Translations under genes and position numbers: made by a program | Part shown: positions 31,801-42,158 of the stretch, piece after piece | How the letters are laid out: each line of letters begins with the position of its first letter | Position numbering within the stretch: position 1 is the stretch's first letter | Assembly (NCBI GenBank): GCA_965219415.1 | Contig: CBDCNP010000002.1 | Span: forward strand, 4,096,001 to 4,160,000 | Source of the DNA: Candidatus Marinacidobacterales bacterium | GTDB taxonomy: Bacteria > Acidobacteriota > Vicinamibacteria > Marinacidobacterales > DATDRI01 | DNA: 64,000 bases | Reading direction: 5' to 3' | The notes under the pieces: generated by a model | Database searches by the model: none | The model's input: the letters and a program-made list of their open reading frames with translations, nothing else | Told to the model about the DNA's origin: nothing

Positions 31801-32028
31801 AGGAGACCCGAGGGCGTTGAGATCCCTCGCAAGCTCAAGCCCGAGATCGGCGCGATCAATAACACCATCGCAGCGATCATCATGGTAAACAAGGCCATCG
31901 CGAAGAACGTCGGTGACAGCCGCAAGAGGCCCGAGTGGTCCTTAGAGGAGTTCGTCGCCGCGACGGAAGCTCTTCCCGGCATCCTCAACAACCTCGTTCG
32001 GCAGATCAAGAGAGCGCAGAATGGCTAA
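31800..32028 (+). pseudogene. C-terminal fragment of an unknown protein
   Basis: Manual translation RPEGVEIPRKLKPEIGAINNTIAAIIMVNKAI...EWSLEEF...LNNLVRQIKRAQNG*; the stop overlaps ATG 32021. Confidence 0.45.
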
Positions 32029-32260
32029 GGGGAAGACGCCGTCGTTGATCGGCTCGGCTCTTGGGCGGCCCAGCAAGAAGACCTGCGGCCGAGAGACACC
32101 GTGCAGCCGGTGTGCGGAAGGCATCGCCAAGGGCAAGGATTGCTACGACATTCCGCAGCCGAAGAAGCCGCACTCATCGACACGGCGATTCTGCGCGGAC
32201 TGTTTCGAGGACGTGCTCGGACAGACCAAACGCGATCTTGAGAGGTTGAAGGCGCTGTGA
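32021..32260 (+). CDS. small Cys-rich (zinc-finger-like) hypothetical protein
   Basis: 79 aa with CSRC and CADC pairs; translationally coupled to the upstream fragment. Confidence 0.65.
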   Translation: MAKGKTPSLIGSALGRPSKKTCGRETPCSRCAEGIAKGKDCYDIPQPKKPHSSTRRFCADCFEDVLGQTKRDLERLKAL

Positions 32261-32280
32261 CGAGAACAGACGCAGCGCAC

Positions 32281-32343
32281 TGTCCCTTCCATTTAATCGA
32301 TCAGAATGGATTTAGAGCCTGACCTTCTACTGTCGGAGGGACA
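32281..32343. repeat. 63-bp mini-element
   Basis: TGTCCCTTCC...GGAGGGACA inverted ends; the left end matches the element end at 59920. Confidence 0.5.
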
Positions 32344-32447
32344 CCAATAAAAGCCAGCTCAGTCTAGCTGTGCTCCGCAAAAAGTCGATCCGGCGTTGAT
32401 TGCGCGGTTTTAGACCTGCCGCAATCGGCTGCTTCGTACCGGTCGAC

Positions 32448-33881
32448 CCCGTCCTGGTGCCAAAACTCAGCCCTTTTGAAATAGGCCATAAATCAGCAGC
32501 TTAGTGTCTGTGTTTGCGCCGGGGCCAAGGGCCGTAGGCTTTACAATCGTCTGGCCCGAGGGTGTTATCTTCAGCTCCATGATGACGTACCACGTGCAAT
32601 TCCTACTGCTCGTTCTAGCTGGCTGGGTCAACCGCCAGCAGCAGGATGTGATCGACTACCAGCAAGAGGAGAACCGTGTGCTCCGAGCCGGGCTTCGGGG
32701 CAAGCGTCTCAGTCTCTCGGACGACGACCGGCGCAGGCTCGCGGTCAAGGCCCAGGCTTTGGGCCGCGAGGCGTTGGCCCAGATTGCGTCCGTTGCCACA
32801 CCCGCTACGCTTGTGCGCTGGTACCGCCACCTCATCGCAGCCAGGTACGATGGCAGCAAGAACCGGAGCCCAGGCCGACCTCCGACGGCGAAGGACATCC
32901 GTGAGCTCATTGTGCGCGTGGCGCAGGAGAACCCGACGTGGGGATATACGCGCCTGCGGGGTGCACTCAAGAACCTCGGACATGAACTCGGACGCAACAC
33001 CATCAAGAGGCTCCTCGCCGAGCACGGTATCGCGCCGGCTCCGGAGCGGGGCAAGAGCATGTCGTGGAGCACTTTCCTCAAGGCTCATTGGGGCGCTATC
33101 GCTGCGACAGACCTGTTCACCGTCGAGGTTGTGAACCCGTTCGGGCTCGTCCGCTACCATGTCCTGTTTGTCATCGATATCGCCACTCGCTGCGTGTGCA
33201 TCGGTGGGATGACCTCGGACCCAAACGGGGAGTGGATGAAGCAGGCGGCAAGAAACCTCACTGACCTGTGGGATGGTTTCCTCCTTGGCAAGCGGTACCT
33301 CATCCACGACCGGGAACCCGCTATTCACCGAGGCGGTACGTGGGCTCTTGAGAGATTCAGGTGTGAAGCCCCTCCGCCTTCCAGCGAACAGTCCGAATCT
33401 GAACGCATACGCGGAAAGATTCGTTCTCTCCATACGTCGAGAGTGTCTCGACCGCTTCGTACCTCTCAGTGAGCGACACCTGCGGACAGCGGTAACCGAA
33501 TACGTAGTGCACTATCACACAGAACGGAACCACCAAGGTCTCGGCAACGAGCTCCTCACACCTCTGCCGGCAAGCGCGAATGACACTGGCCCCATCGTGT
33601 CGCGAGAGCGACTTGGGGGCATTCTCAACTACTACTACCGTGCCGCGTAGATTGTCGCCGGCGACGGTAGCCCCTTGGTGGGCCCGCTCGGCGTAGCGTG
33701 AAAACAGCTTCAGGCACACGCTTCGATATTCGCTCTCGACTAGGTGGTTATCTGCATGGTGACGACCCGCCCGCCCAAGACGATTGTAAAGCCCACGGCC
33801 CTTGGCCCGGTCGCAAACACAGACACTAAGTTGCTGATTTATGGCCTATTTCAAAAGGGCCGAGTTTTGGCACAGGACGGG
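32448..33881 (+). mobile_element. rve-integrase (DDE) element with ~100-bp inverted ends; transposase 32579-33650 frameshifted at about 33315
   Basis: [36 protein letters not shown](D), [13 protein letters not shown]; long IRs at both ends. Confidence 0.85.
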
Positions 33882-34037
33882 ACGGTAGGACCGGTCCGGA
33901 TCATCCGAAGCCTCGACCGCGGCCTGGATCTCAAAGCGATCGAGGCGGTGAGACAGTGGAAGTTCAAGCCGGGCCTGTTTCAGAGCAAGCCGGTGGACGT
34001 CCTTGCCGTGATCACCGTCGACTTTACGCTGCTGTAA
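33882..34037 (+). pseudogene. C-terminal fragment of TonB
   Basis: DGTVGPVRIIRSLDRGLDLKAIEAVRQWKFKPG...PVDVLAVITVDFTL, cut by the element end. Confidence 0.75.
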
Positions 34038-34044
34038 TAGGGTA

Positions 34045-34103
34045 CCCTCACCCTACCCTCTCCCAGAGGGAGAGGGATAAAGGATGGAAGCCAACATCAA
34101 TTA
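34045..34103. repeat. REP-like palindrome, copy 2
   Basis: 32 nt identical to 6785-6816 plus a similar tail; lies between convergent gene ends. Confidence 0.8.
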
Positions 34104-34172
34104 CCATCGTGCTGAGCAGCGGCGCCCGGACGAGTCTCACCGGCGCCGTCTGCTCCAGCACGATTTCCTTAG

Positions 34173-35738
34173 CTATTTGTAGCGCACACCCCCCTTTACC
34201 ACGACGAACACGCGCTTCATCGCGCTCATGTCGAGGAGCGGATTTCCAGCGACCACGATGACGTCGGCCAGTTTTCCGACCTCGAGCGTACCCAGCTGAT
34301 CGGTTAGTCCAAGAGCTTCTGCTCCGATGCGCGTGGAGGCTTCGATCATCCGCATGGGGCTCATACCCAGCTCGACCATGTACTGCATCTCATTAGCGTT
34401 CGGATCTTCTTGCTGAAAGTTCAGGTAGGCGGGGGTGTCGGTTCCCATCGAGAACTTCGCTCCCGCGCGGATGAAGCGGCGCATGTTCTCGCGCGAGGTC
34501 GATCGCCGCTTTATCATCTCGTTGTAGGACGGTCCGCGGAGACCAAACGCATCGTCGCCCGACTCATCGGACGGTCGAGCGCGACGCTCGTAGGTAGGAA
34601 GGCCGGACTGATCCGGGTGCCGCTGGTTGTAGACGAGCTTGTCCCGGTAGCGCATCAGGGTGCGGTACTCCTTGGGCTCCATCGACATGATGTAGAGCGT
34701 CTCGTCCCAGCGATGTGGATCCTCGGCCCGGTTCGCGCCCGCCACCATGACCTCGAGAAGGGTGTCGACGATGACTCCTTTCTTGACGTAGGCATCGATG
34801 ATGTCCTCTTCGATGAGCTCACTTCCATAAAAAGGGTGCTCGAGAGTATCGATATCGAACGCCGTCATGCGCCTCAAGCCCTCGTTGTGCCCACCGCAAT
34901 GGACGTCGATGATCTTCCCGTTCTTGTGCGCCTTGTCGATGATGAAGCGGAGCTGCTCGTCGGTGAAGTCGTTCTTGCCGTCATAGACCTCGCCGGACAT
35001 ATAAAGCTTCCAATAGTTGAAGTCCGGACCGAGGAACTTGTCGGTATCTTCTTCGAGGTCGTCGATGACGTTATAGGCGAACTCGTTGCGCATCCAATCG
35101 ATGGCATCGGCCGGCGTCTTGGCGATCTTGGTGTAATGTGCGAAGTGCTCCGGACTCGTGAACAAAGCTCCGCCGAGGAAGATTCGAGGTCCGGCCATCT
35201 CACCACGGTCGATGGCTTGCTTGATGGGCAGCAACCTTTTCCAGGGTCCGCTGGTTTGTCTTTGGCTGGTGATGCCTTGCATGAGGTAGACCCAGGCTCG
35301 AAACGGCATCCGCGCGAACGTTTCCTCCCACCTTGCCCGGATCTCGTCCATGGGGAGATCGGCAGTGGGGGCCGGATAAATAGGGTTCAATTGAATGTGC
35401 TGATTAGAATTGATGAGTCCCGGCATGATGGTCATGCCGGAGGCATCGATGACCTCGGCGCCTTCCGGAATCTGAACATCTTTCATGGGGCCCACCCACT
35501 TGATGTGCTCCCCTCCGATGACGATCGCATAGTCTTGCTTGGGCGGCGCGCCGGTGGCATCGATGAAAGTCCCTCCCTGAATGACAATGGACCGCTCCGG
35601 ACGAAACGGTGGCTCTTGCGGACCGAAGAAGACGGGGGTCTGCTGGGCACTGAGAATCATCGGCAGCAATAGACAACTCGCTATGAGCCAAAGCAGAGGC
35701 AACAAAGCGGTGATCGAATAAGAAGTTTTCTCCATCAT
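34173..35738 (-). CDS. exported amidohydrolase family protein
   Basis: Signal peptide; IDASGMTIMPGLIN, DVH, LEH, GTD, LGTLEVGKLADVIVVAGNP. Confidence 0.88.
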   Translation of the reverse strand: MMEKTSYSITALLPLLWLIASCLLLPMILSAQQTPVFFGPQEPPFRPERSIVIQGGTFIDATGAPPKQDYAIVIGGEHIKWVGPMKDVQIPEGAEVIDASGMTIMPGLINSNQHIQLNPIYPAPTADLPMDEIRARWEETFARMPFRAWVYLMQGITSQRQTSGPWKRLLPIKQAIDRGEMAGPRIFLGGALFTSPEHFAHYTKIAKTPADAIDWMRNEFAYNVIDDLEEDTDKFLGPDFNYWKLYMSGEVYDGKNDFTDEQLRFIIDKAHKNGKIIDVHCGGHNEGLRRMTAFDIDTLEHPFYGSELIEEDIIDAYVKKGVIVDTLLEVMVAGANRAEDPHRWDETLYIMSMEPKEYRTLMRYRDKLVYNQRHPDQSGLPTYERRARPSDESGDDAFGLRGPSYNEMIKRRSTSRENMRRFIRAGAKFSMGTDTPAYLNFQQEDPNANEMQYMVELGMSPMRMIEASTRIGAEALGLTDQLGTLEVGKLADVIVVAGNPLLDMSAMKRVFVVVKGGVRYK

Positions 35739-36210
35739 CCTCCTCCTCGCGACATAGACAAACCGCCATGGACTATCTCAAAACTTGGCGGCTCGGGCAA
35801 CTCGAGAATTCGTGTGGTTGGATCCACATCCAACCGGTTGGATTAAAACCCCCCAATTGTATACCGAGGTTTCCGCCAGATGATGCGAAGCCGTTTGAAC
35901 GCAGCAGCTTATCCCGAGCCGGACTTCCGGGTTCTGCTGGCATTAGAATTGCTCTATGTCACGCGTGCGGGGTATGGGTGCCACGCAACCTCGGACAACC
36001 CGCCCCGCGAGCGACGCTTCTAGGGGCATTGAGCCGAGCCGAGAAACTGACAAGCCCCCAACTTTTTTGACTCCTAGGCCCATTCTGGGTCACAAAGGTC
36101 GCGGGAGTAAGTGTACACCGTGTACCATCCGTCATATCTAGTCACAAACGCAAGGTATTAGGAGGGTATGAGCCTTGATTAGTATTGCCCCGAACACAAG
36201 GAGGAAGATC

Positions 36211-39147
36211 ATGAGAGCTTTGTGGGTCTCTTCTCTAATGTTAGCTCTATTTTTGACACTTTTGGCGGTTCCCGCGTCGACGCAGGTCGGAGACACCGGT
36301 CTGACAGGAACCGTTTCCGACGGGACGGGGGCTGTCTTACCCGGAGTGACCGTCACCGCAACCCTCACCGCAATGAATATCGTTCGCACCGCGGTAACCG
36401 GTGCCGACGGGAGATACACCCTTAACCAGATTCCTGTGGGTACCTACGAGATCGTCTTCGAGCTCGACGGGTTCGATACCGCCAGGTTGGAGGGCCTAGA
36501 GCTGAACGTCGGTCAGAGACCTACGATCAACGTCACGATGCAGGTGGCTGGAGTCGCGGAGACGATTACCGTGCAAGCCGAGTCGCCGATCATCGAGACG
36601 ACTCGCTCCGAGCTTTCACACACGATCGAAGACATCCAGGTCGAGGAGCTCCCGCTCCTCGGCAGGAATTGGCTGGATCTCGCCGTTTTGGCGGCGGGCG
36701 TGAAATCCGATGGCGGCTCGGCCGACGACGCTCCCACGGCGGGCATCGGCGTCGGCCGCCAGGATAAGGTCCTCATCGATGGATCGGACGTCAACAACCG
36801 CTCCACCCACCGGACGGTCGACATCAAGCTTTCCAGAGAGTCCATCGCCGAGTTCGAGATCAAGACCAACCAGTTCGACGCCCAGCTCGGTCAAAGCGGT
36901 ACCTCGGTGACCCAGGCGGTCACCAAGTCGGGAACCGACACCTTCCATGGAAGCGGTTTTTACTACCGACGCGACGGTGACTGGGCAGCTGCGGACTTCT
37001 TCACCGGCACAAAGAACTCAGACTTCTCCAATACGCAGGTTGGTGGAACGATCGGTGGTCCCGTCATGCAGGGTAAAGCCTTCTTCTTCTTCAGCTACGA
37101 GTGGCAAAACACGCCGCAGACCTGTTCATCCAATATAGGAATCGCCGCCATCGACTCCCAACAAGTCGATTGCAGCGATAAGCGGAATCTCTGGTTCATC
37201 CGAGGCGACGCCACGATCAACCAGAACCATCGAACCGCGATTCGATACAATCGAACCACTCGCATACAACCACACGCACGCGTCGGCGGGAGCACGCCAC
37301 CGGGGGGGGGGGGCAATAACGACTTCTGGTTCAACCGCTTCAACTGGTCCTTGAACTCGGTCTTCGGAGACAGCGTGGTGAACCGGTTCATCTTCAACTA
37401 CCTCGACGCGAACCGCTTGTTCGGCAAGGTGGGTGAAGAAATTATCGGACCCTCGATCAGCCCGAGGTTGACGTCCGCCGGCCCGAGCTTCCAGTTTCCT
37501 AGCGCCATCCTGGGTGGCTCACGAGGCGGGGGCTTCGAGAACCCCGACTATTGGTCCATCCGCGATGATATCTCCACCTTCTTCGAGAAGGGCGGGGACC
37601 ACAACTTGAAGCTCGGCGGCTACCTAGAGCGGGCGCAGCTTCAGGGGTTCTTCCTCTTCCAGACCAACGGGGTCTTCTTCTTCGACCAGGACCCGGCGAA
37701 TATCCAGACCTGCTGCATCTCGGAAGACTTCCGGGAGTGGGACACGTCCCAGTTTCCCCCCGCCCTCCGGTACTCCCAAAACCTGGGTGTACCCGAGATC
37801 CTGACCCCTCAGAACGTCTACTCGGCCTATGTCCAGGACGATTGGTCAGTCAACGAAAAGCTCACGCTGAACCTGGGTTTGCGCTGGGACTTAGAGACCG
37901 GCTCTCTCTTCAATAATGAGGAGAACCTCACACGCCAAGAGCAGTTCGGTAACGACTTAAACAACTTCCAGCCGCGGCTGGGTTTCGCCTACGATATCAA
38001 GGGTGACGCCAAGACCATCATTCGGGGAGGCGCAGGACAGTTCTACTCCCAAGCCTTCTTGAACATTGCCCTGTTCGTCCAGCGCTCGAATAGAACTCAA
38101 GAGATCAACGTCACCGTCACTAACGATGACCTGGATCCCGGTTTCAACCAGGATCCGCTGGGCGGGCGCGGCTTCGACGACTTCAGTAATCTGATTGGTA
38201 CGGTTCCTTTCGACGTTTCCATTTTCGACCCGAGCGCGGTGATCCCGAGCCTCTGGACGTTCACCGGTGGCGTGGCACACCAGATTACGCCATCGATGGC
38301 TGTCGAAGTCGACTATATCTACCAGAGGACCGACAATCAGTACCGCTCGCGGGATACCAACCTCTTCTTCGACAGCGCCAATAACCGCCCCTTCCCGGTC
38401 AACGATGGATTCTTCCCCGAGCTCGGCGGTCAAGTGGTCGGCAGGGGACGGCCCGAATCGGCCTTCGCGGTAATCCGAAGTTTCGTGAACGAGGGCAGGG
38501 CCCGTTACAACGCCCTTTCGGTGGCTCTCCAGAAGAAATTCCAAAACAACTACTCCTTCGGCCTGACCTACCTGCTTTCCAAAAACGAAGACAGCTACAA
38601 CGACGTCTTCGACTACCCTAGCAACATGTTCGATCTCGAAGACGAATTCGGCACTTCGCAGCTCAGTCAGACACACCGCTTGACGGCGAACTGGGTGTGG
38701 GTCATGCCGCACGACTTCGTCTTCAGTGGACTACTCTACACGGCGTCGGGATTAGCGCGGCGGACGGTGGCCAATGGACAGGACCTCTTCGGCATCGCTC
38801 CCGAGCAGCGCGGCCTGAGCCCGCGGCCGATCTGCGGTCTCGACCCGCAATTCAACGCAGCCTGCGCCGCCCTCGGAATCGCCGATGGGACACGCATACC
38901 CCGCAATGCCTTCCAGACCGACAGCGTCTTCCGTCTCGACGTCCGCGTCGGGTGGCGTGGTTACGTCTCAGAGGAAATCTTCATCGAGCCGACCCTCGAG
39001 GTCTTCAACTTGTTCAACCGGCAGAACAACGACCCCCGGCGCTTCAACACGAACCTGGCGAGTGGCGGCTTTGGCGCACCCGGTCGCTCGACCAACCTGC
39101 CCTACCTGCCACGCACGCTTCAACTGGGTGTGCTCCTGCGTTTCTAG
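36211..39147 (+). CDS. Oar-like TonB-dependent receptor with carboxypeptidase-regulatory-like domain
   Basis: AGGAGG RBS before ATG 36211; GTVSDGTGAVLPGVTV, LPLLGRNW, TKSGT, YVQDDW, QPRLGFAYD; C-terminal Phe. Confidence 0.92.
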   Translation: MRALWVSSLMLALFLTLLAVPASTQVGDTGLTGTVSDGTGAVLPGVTVTATLTAMNIVRTAVTGADGRYTLNQIPVGTYEIVFELDGFDTARLEGLELNVGQRPTINVTMQVAGVAETITVQAESPIIETTRSELSHTIEDIQVEELPLLGRNWLDLAVLAAGVKSDGGSADDAPTAGIGVGRQDKVLIDGSDVNNRSTHRTVDIKLSRESIAEFEIKTNQFDAQLGQSGTSVTQAVTKSGTDTFHGSGFYYRRDGDWAAADFFTGTKNSDFSNTQVGGTIGGPVMQGKAFFFFSYEWQNTPQTCSSNIGIAAIDSQQVDCSDKRNLWFIRGDATINQNHRTAIRYNRTTRIQPHARVGGSTPPGGGGNNDFWFNRFNWSLNSVFGDSVVNRFIFNYLDANRLFGKVGEEIIGPSISPRLTSAGPSFQFPSAILGGSRGGGFENPDYWSIRDDISTFFEKGGDHNLKLGGYLERAQLQGFFLFQTNGVFFFDQDPANIQTCCISEDFREWDTSQFPPALRYSQNLGVPEILTPQNVYSAYVQDDWSVNEKLTLNLGLRWDLETGSLFNNEENLTRQEQFGNDLNNFQPRLGFAYDIKGDAKTIIRGGAGQFYSQAFLNIALFVQRSNRTQEINVTVTNDDLDPGFNQDPLGGRGFDDFSNLIGTVPFDVSIFDPSAVIPSLWTFTGGVAHQITPSMAVEVDYIYQRTDNQYRSRDTNLFFDSANNRPFPVNDGFFPELGGQVVGRGRPESAFAVIRSFVNEGRARYNALSVALQKKFQNNYSFGLTYLLSKNEDSYNDVFDYPSNMFDLEDEFGTSQLSQTHRLTANWVWVMPHDFVFSGLLYTASGLARRTVANGQDLFGIAPEQRGLSPRPICGLDPQFNAACAALGIADGTRIPRNAFQTDSVFRLDVRVGWRGYVSEEIFIEPTLEVFNLFNRQNNDPRRFNTNLASGGFGAPGRSTNLPYLPRTLQLGVLLRF

Positions 39148-39168
39148 GCCTCCGAATCCGCGCGAACC

Positions 39169-39203
39169 AAAGCCCCGGCCCTCACGGGCCGGGGCTTTTT
39201 TTT
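39169..39203 (+). terminator. Rho-independent terminator of the TBDR gene
   Basis: AAAGCCCCGGCCC-TCAC-GGGCCGGGGCTTTTTTT. Confidence 0.9.
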
Positions 39204-39514
39204 CCTACTTCTTGCTCAGATACTGAAAGCGCACGACCTGATCGTTGAAGTGGACGCGGCCGTGTACGTTCCGCTTGGCCGCGAGCTGACTCTCTTCGTG
39301 TGTCTGAATGAGCAGAGCCCGCCCGCAAGCCCGCGAGCACAGCACCAGCTTTCCCTCTCTGGCTCGACATGCTATTCTTTCGCTTCTAAAGGAGGGGAGA
39401 AAGCACCCACGGGGGGGTGAAAATGCACCGGTATCGGAGGGGCACCCGCCGTCAAAATCCCTATCCTTTTAGGAGAGTGTAGGCTCTGTTTGGCACTGCC
39501 CAACATTCAAGGAG

Positions 39515-40973
39515 GGGATGTCCCGCCGGATGTTGAATTTGGGGTAGCGGCGGCTCCTTGGCCGGCCTAAGAATAGGTCTGCCAATAAACCGTCTCCAGA
39601 GGGGGACAAGGAGCCACCAATGCCTAGGAAATCGAAGAAGCCAGTAAGAAAGCAAACGCACTCGCCTACGAGCAAGGTAGTTGGCCAAGTCGGTCAGATA
39701 CTGCTACCGATGATAGCTGGGATCGCGGCCACGAAGGCGGAACTGACGGAATGGGTGTACGAGCAAGGACTGACAGCTCTGCACCTACTGCTCAGAGAGG
39801 ACGCCGAGGAGATCGCGGGGCTCAAGGGCAAGCACGAGAAGGAGCGAACTCATAACCACTGGGGGAGCACGAACGGAGAGCTGAGCTTCGGTGGTCGTCG
39901 CATCCAAGTGTCGCGACCTCGAGTTCGCTCGAAGTCGGGCGAGGAGGCGTCGCTTCCACACTTCGAAGCCTTCTGCGAAGAAGACCCGCTTCCAGAGCGA
40001 GTGTTGAATCAGATCTTGGTGGGGGTATCGACCCGAAATTACGAATCGAGTCTGAACAAACCCGCGGCCAAGTTGAAGTCTCGTGGCACGAGTAAGAGTG
40101 CCGCCAGCCGTCACCTCGTGAGCCAGACGACTAAGAAGCTCGAGGAATACCTGTCTCGGCGGCTAGAGGAGTTCGAGCTTGCGGCACTGATGCTGGATGG
40201 CCTTGAGGTGGCCGGACAGACCGTCGTCGTAACTCTAGGTATCACAATAGATGGAACGAAGGTGCCCCTGGGTATATGGCTGGGCTCGACGGAGAACTCT
40301 CGGGTGTGCACCGCGATGTTGCAGGACCTTCTCGAGCGGGGCTTGCGCGTCGATGAGTCGATTCTCTGCGTAGTGGACGGAGGCAAAGGCATCCGCAAGG
40401 CACTCGTCGACGTTTTGGGGGACCTCGCGGTCATCCAAAGGTGCCAGATCCCATAAACTCCGAAATCTTCGCTCGTACCTTCCCAAGTCTCGTCACGCCT
40501 ACGTGCTCCAGACGATGAAGGAAGCCTACAAGTGCAAGAGTGCCGACAAGGCGCGCAAGCGACTTCAGGCATTGGTGTCGTGGCTCGAGCGAAACGGCTA
40601 CGACGAAGCTGCCGGAAGCCTTCGTGAAGGGATGGAAGAGACACTCACGGTCGTGAAGCTCGCGCTGCCCGCCTTACTTCGCCAGTCTCTTGCCACGACG
40701 AACGCCATTGAGAATCTCAACGGAACCATTCGCAGAGTATCGAGAAACCTCAAGCGTTGGAAGAGTCCTTCCATGGTTCGCCGATGGACCGCTCTTGGCG
40801 TCGTCACCGCGCAGAAAGAGTTCCGGCGTATCAAAGGCTATCGCCATATGGGCGCTCTCGTTCACGCGCTTAGAAGCAAACAGAAATCTCTTGACAGCGA
40901 TGAGTTTGCTGCCTAAGAGTATTCACAGGTGCCGTCGCTACCCGACCAAATTCAACAGCGGCCGGGACATCCC
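39515..40973 (+). mobile_element. IS256 family insertion sequence (transposase 39620-40916, frameshift at about 40450)
   Basis: TIR GGGATGTCCCG...TGTTGAATTTGG; GVSTR, LMLDG, VDGGKG, QRCQ(I)HK, TTNAIE; no TSD seen. Confidence 0.9.
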
Positions 40974-41002
40974 CGGAATTACACTATTGATTTGCACCAG
41001 CC

Positions 41003-41090
41003 TACGACCTTTGGTCCGGTCGCAAACACAGGCACTGAGCTGCTGATTTGTGGTCTACTTCAAAAGGGCCGAGTTTTGGCACAGGACGGG
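41003..41090. repeat. isolated end of the CCGTCCTGTGCCAAAACTC element family
   Basis: Near-identical to 33795-33881. Confidence 0.8.
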
Positions 41091-41106
41091 TGTCTCTTAG
41101 GTAGCG

Positions 41107-41350
41107 CTACTCGCGGTCGGGGCACTCGGACTCGGGCTCACGGTGCACCCACTCAGTACCGTTGGCGGTTAGGACGATGACGTCGACTGGTCCACCGACC
41201 TTGGTAGGCATGCGCTCCGCTTGGCGATCAATGATCGCTACAAGCACCGCGGCTATGTCCTGCCTAGACGGCCTCTCTAGGTCCCCCACAAGACGAGCTT
41301 CGCCAAGGCCAGCTGGTTTTCGCTTTTGGGAGTCCGCTCGGACTGACGCA
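41107..41350 (-). pseudogene. C-terminal fragment of a possible proteasome-beta/Ntn-fold-like protein
   Basis: DIAAVLVAIIDRQAERMPTKVGGPVDVIVLTANGTEWV; the family is inferred from the VGGP(V/I)D motif only. Confidence 0.35.
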
Positions 41351-41351
41351 C

Positions 41352-42156
41352 CCATAAAACCCTGGCAATAGCGGGGGCCCGCTGGTGGATGCAAGCGGCC
41401 GGTTGATGGGCATCAATACCCTCATCTATTCCCAGTCCGGAGGGAGCGAGGGGTTGGGCTTCGCCGCTCCGAGCAACATCGTTCGCAACATCTACGAACA
41501 GATCCGGAAGTCGGGTCGAGTACGGAGAGGCGAGATCGGAGTGCTGGCCCAAACGATCACCCCCAATCTAGCTCGGGGTTTGAATCTACCGCGTGAGTGG
41601 GGAGTGATCCTGGGAGACGTCTACCCCGGTGGACCGGGCGCCGATGCCGGGCTCGAAATAGGGAGACGTCGTCCTAACTCTCGATGGCAAGGCGAGGGAG
41701 AACGGTCGCCAGTTCCAGGTCAACCTCTATCGACGGACCGTCGGAGAAAGGGTCACCCTTCGCGTGCAACGCGGCTCGGACATTACCAACTTCGAGGTCA
41801 GAGTCGTGGAGCGTCCCGACGATCCGGACCGATTCCGTGACATGGTTCACCCCGATCGAAACCTGGTCGACGAGCTTGGAATACTCGGAGTCGACTACGA
41901 ACGGGCGCTCGCCTCGAAGCTTCCTCGCCTGCGAAAGCGTTCGGGCGTCGTCGTAGCGGCCCGGTCCGTCGAGACGGTGTCCTTTCGGGACGGCGGCCTT
42001 TTGCCCGGCGACGTAATCCAAGCGGTAAACCGCCCATCGATTGCTACGCTGTCCGAGTTGCGGGCGACCCTCGCGAGGCTCCGTCCCGGCGATCCCCTCG
42101 TGCTTCAGACAGACCGACAAGGGCGCATCTTGTTCGTCGGCATGGTGGTGGAGTGA
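41352..42156 (+). pseudogene. 5'-truncated HtrA/DegP protease with two PDZ domains
   Basis: NPGNSGGPLVDASGRLMGINT...GLGFA then PDZ domains; frameshift at about 41660; catalytic His/Asp region missing. Confidence 0.85.
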
Positions 42157-42158
42157 TA

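Noticed and set aside
31801-32009. Hydrophobic N-terminus of ORF 31320-32009 as a TM segment
   Set aside because: It is the antisense of a plus-strand gene fragment
33744-33881. N-terminal half of ORF 33744-34037
   Set aside because: Translated from the element's inverted end; only the part after 33881 is TonB-like
34410-35672. Long antisense or alternate-frame ORFs (this one, 2-454, 5144-6151, 52157-53110 and many others)
   Set aside because: Shadow ORFs of well-supported genes in GC-rich DNA, with no motifs
35770-36210. Riboswitch upstream of the TBDR
   Set aside because: No cobalamin, TPP or other conserved aptamer motif recognisable by eye; an Rfam scan would be needed
39390-39470. IS21-like end remnant (AAAGCACC/AAATGCACC)
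   Set aside because: Too short and degenerate, with no partner end or transposase
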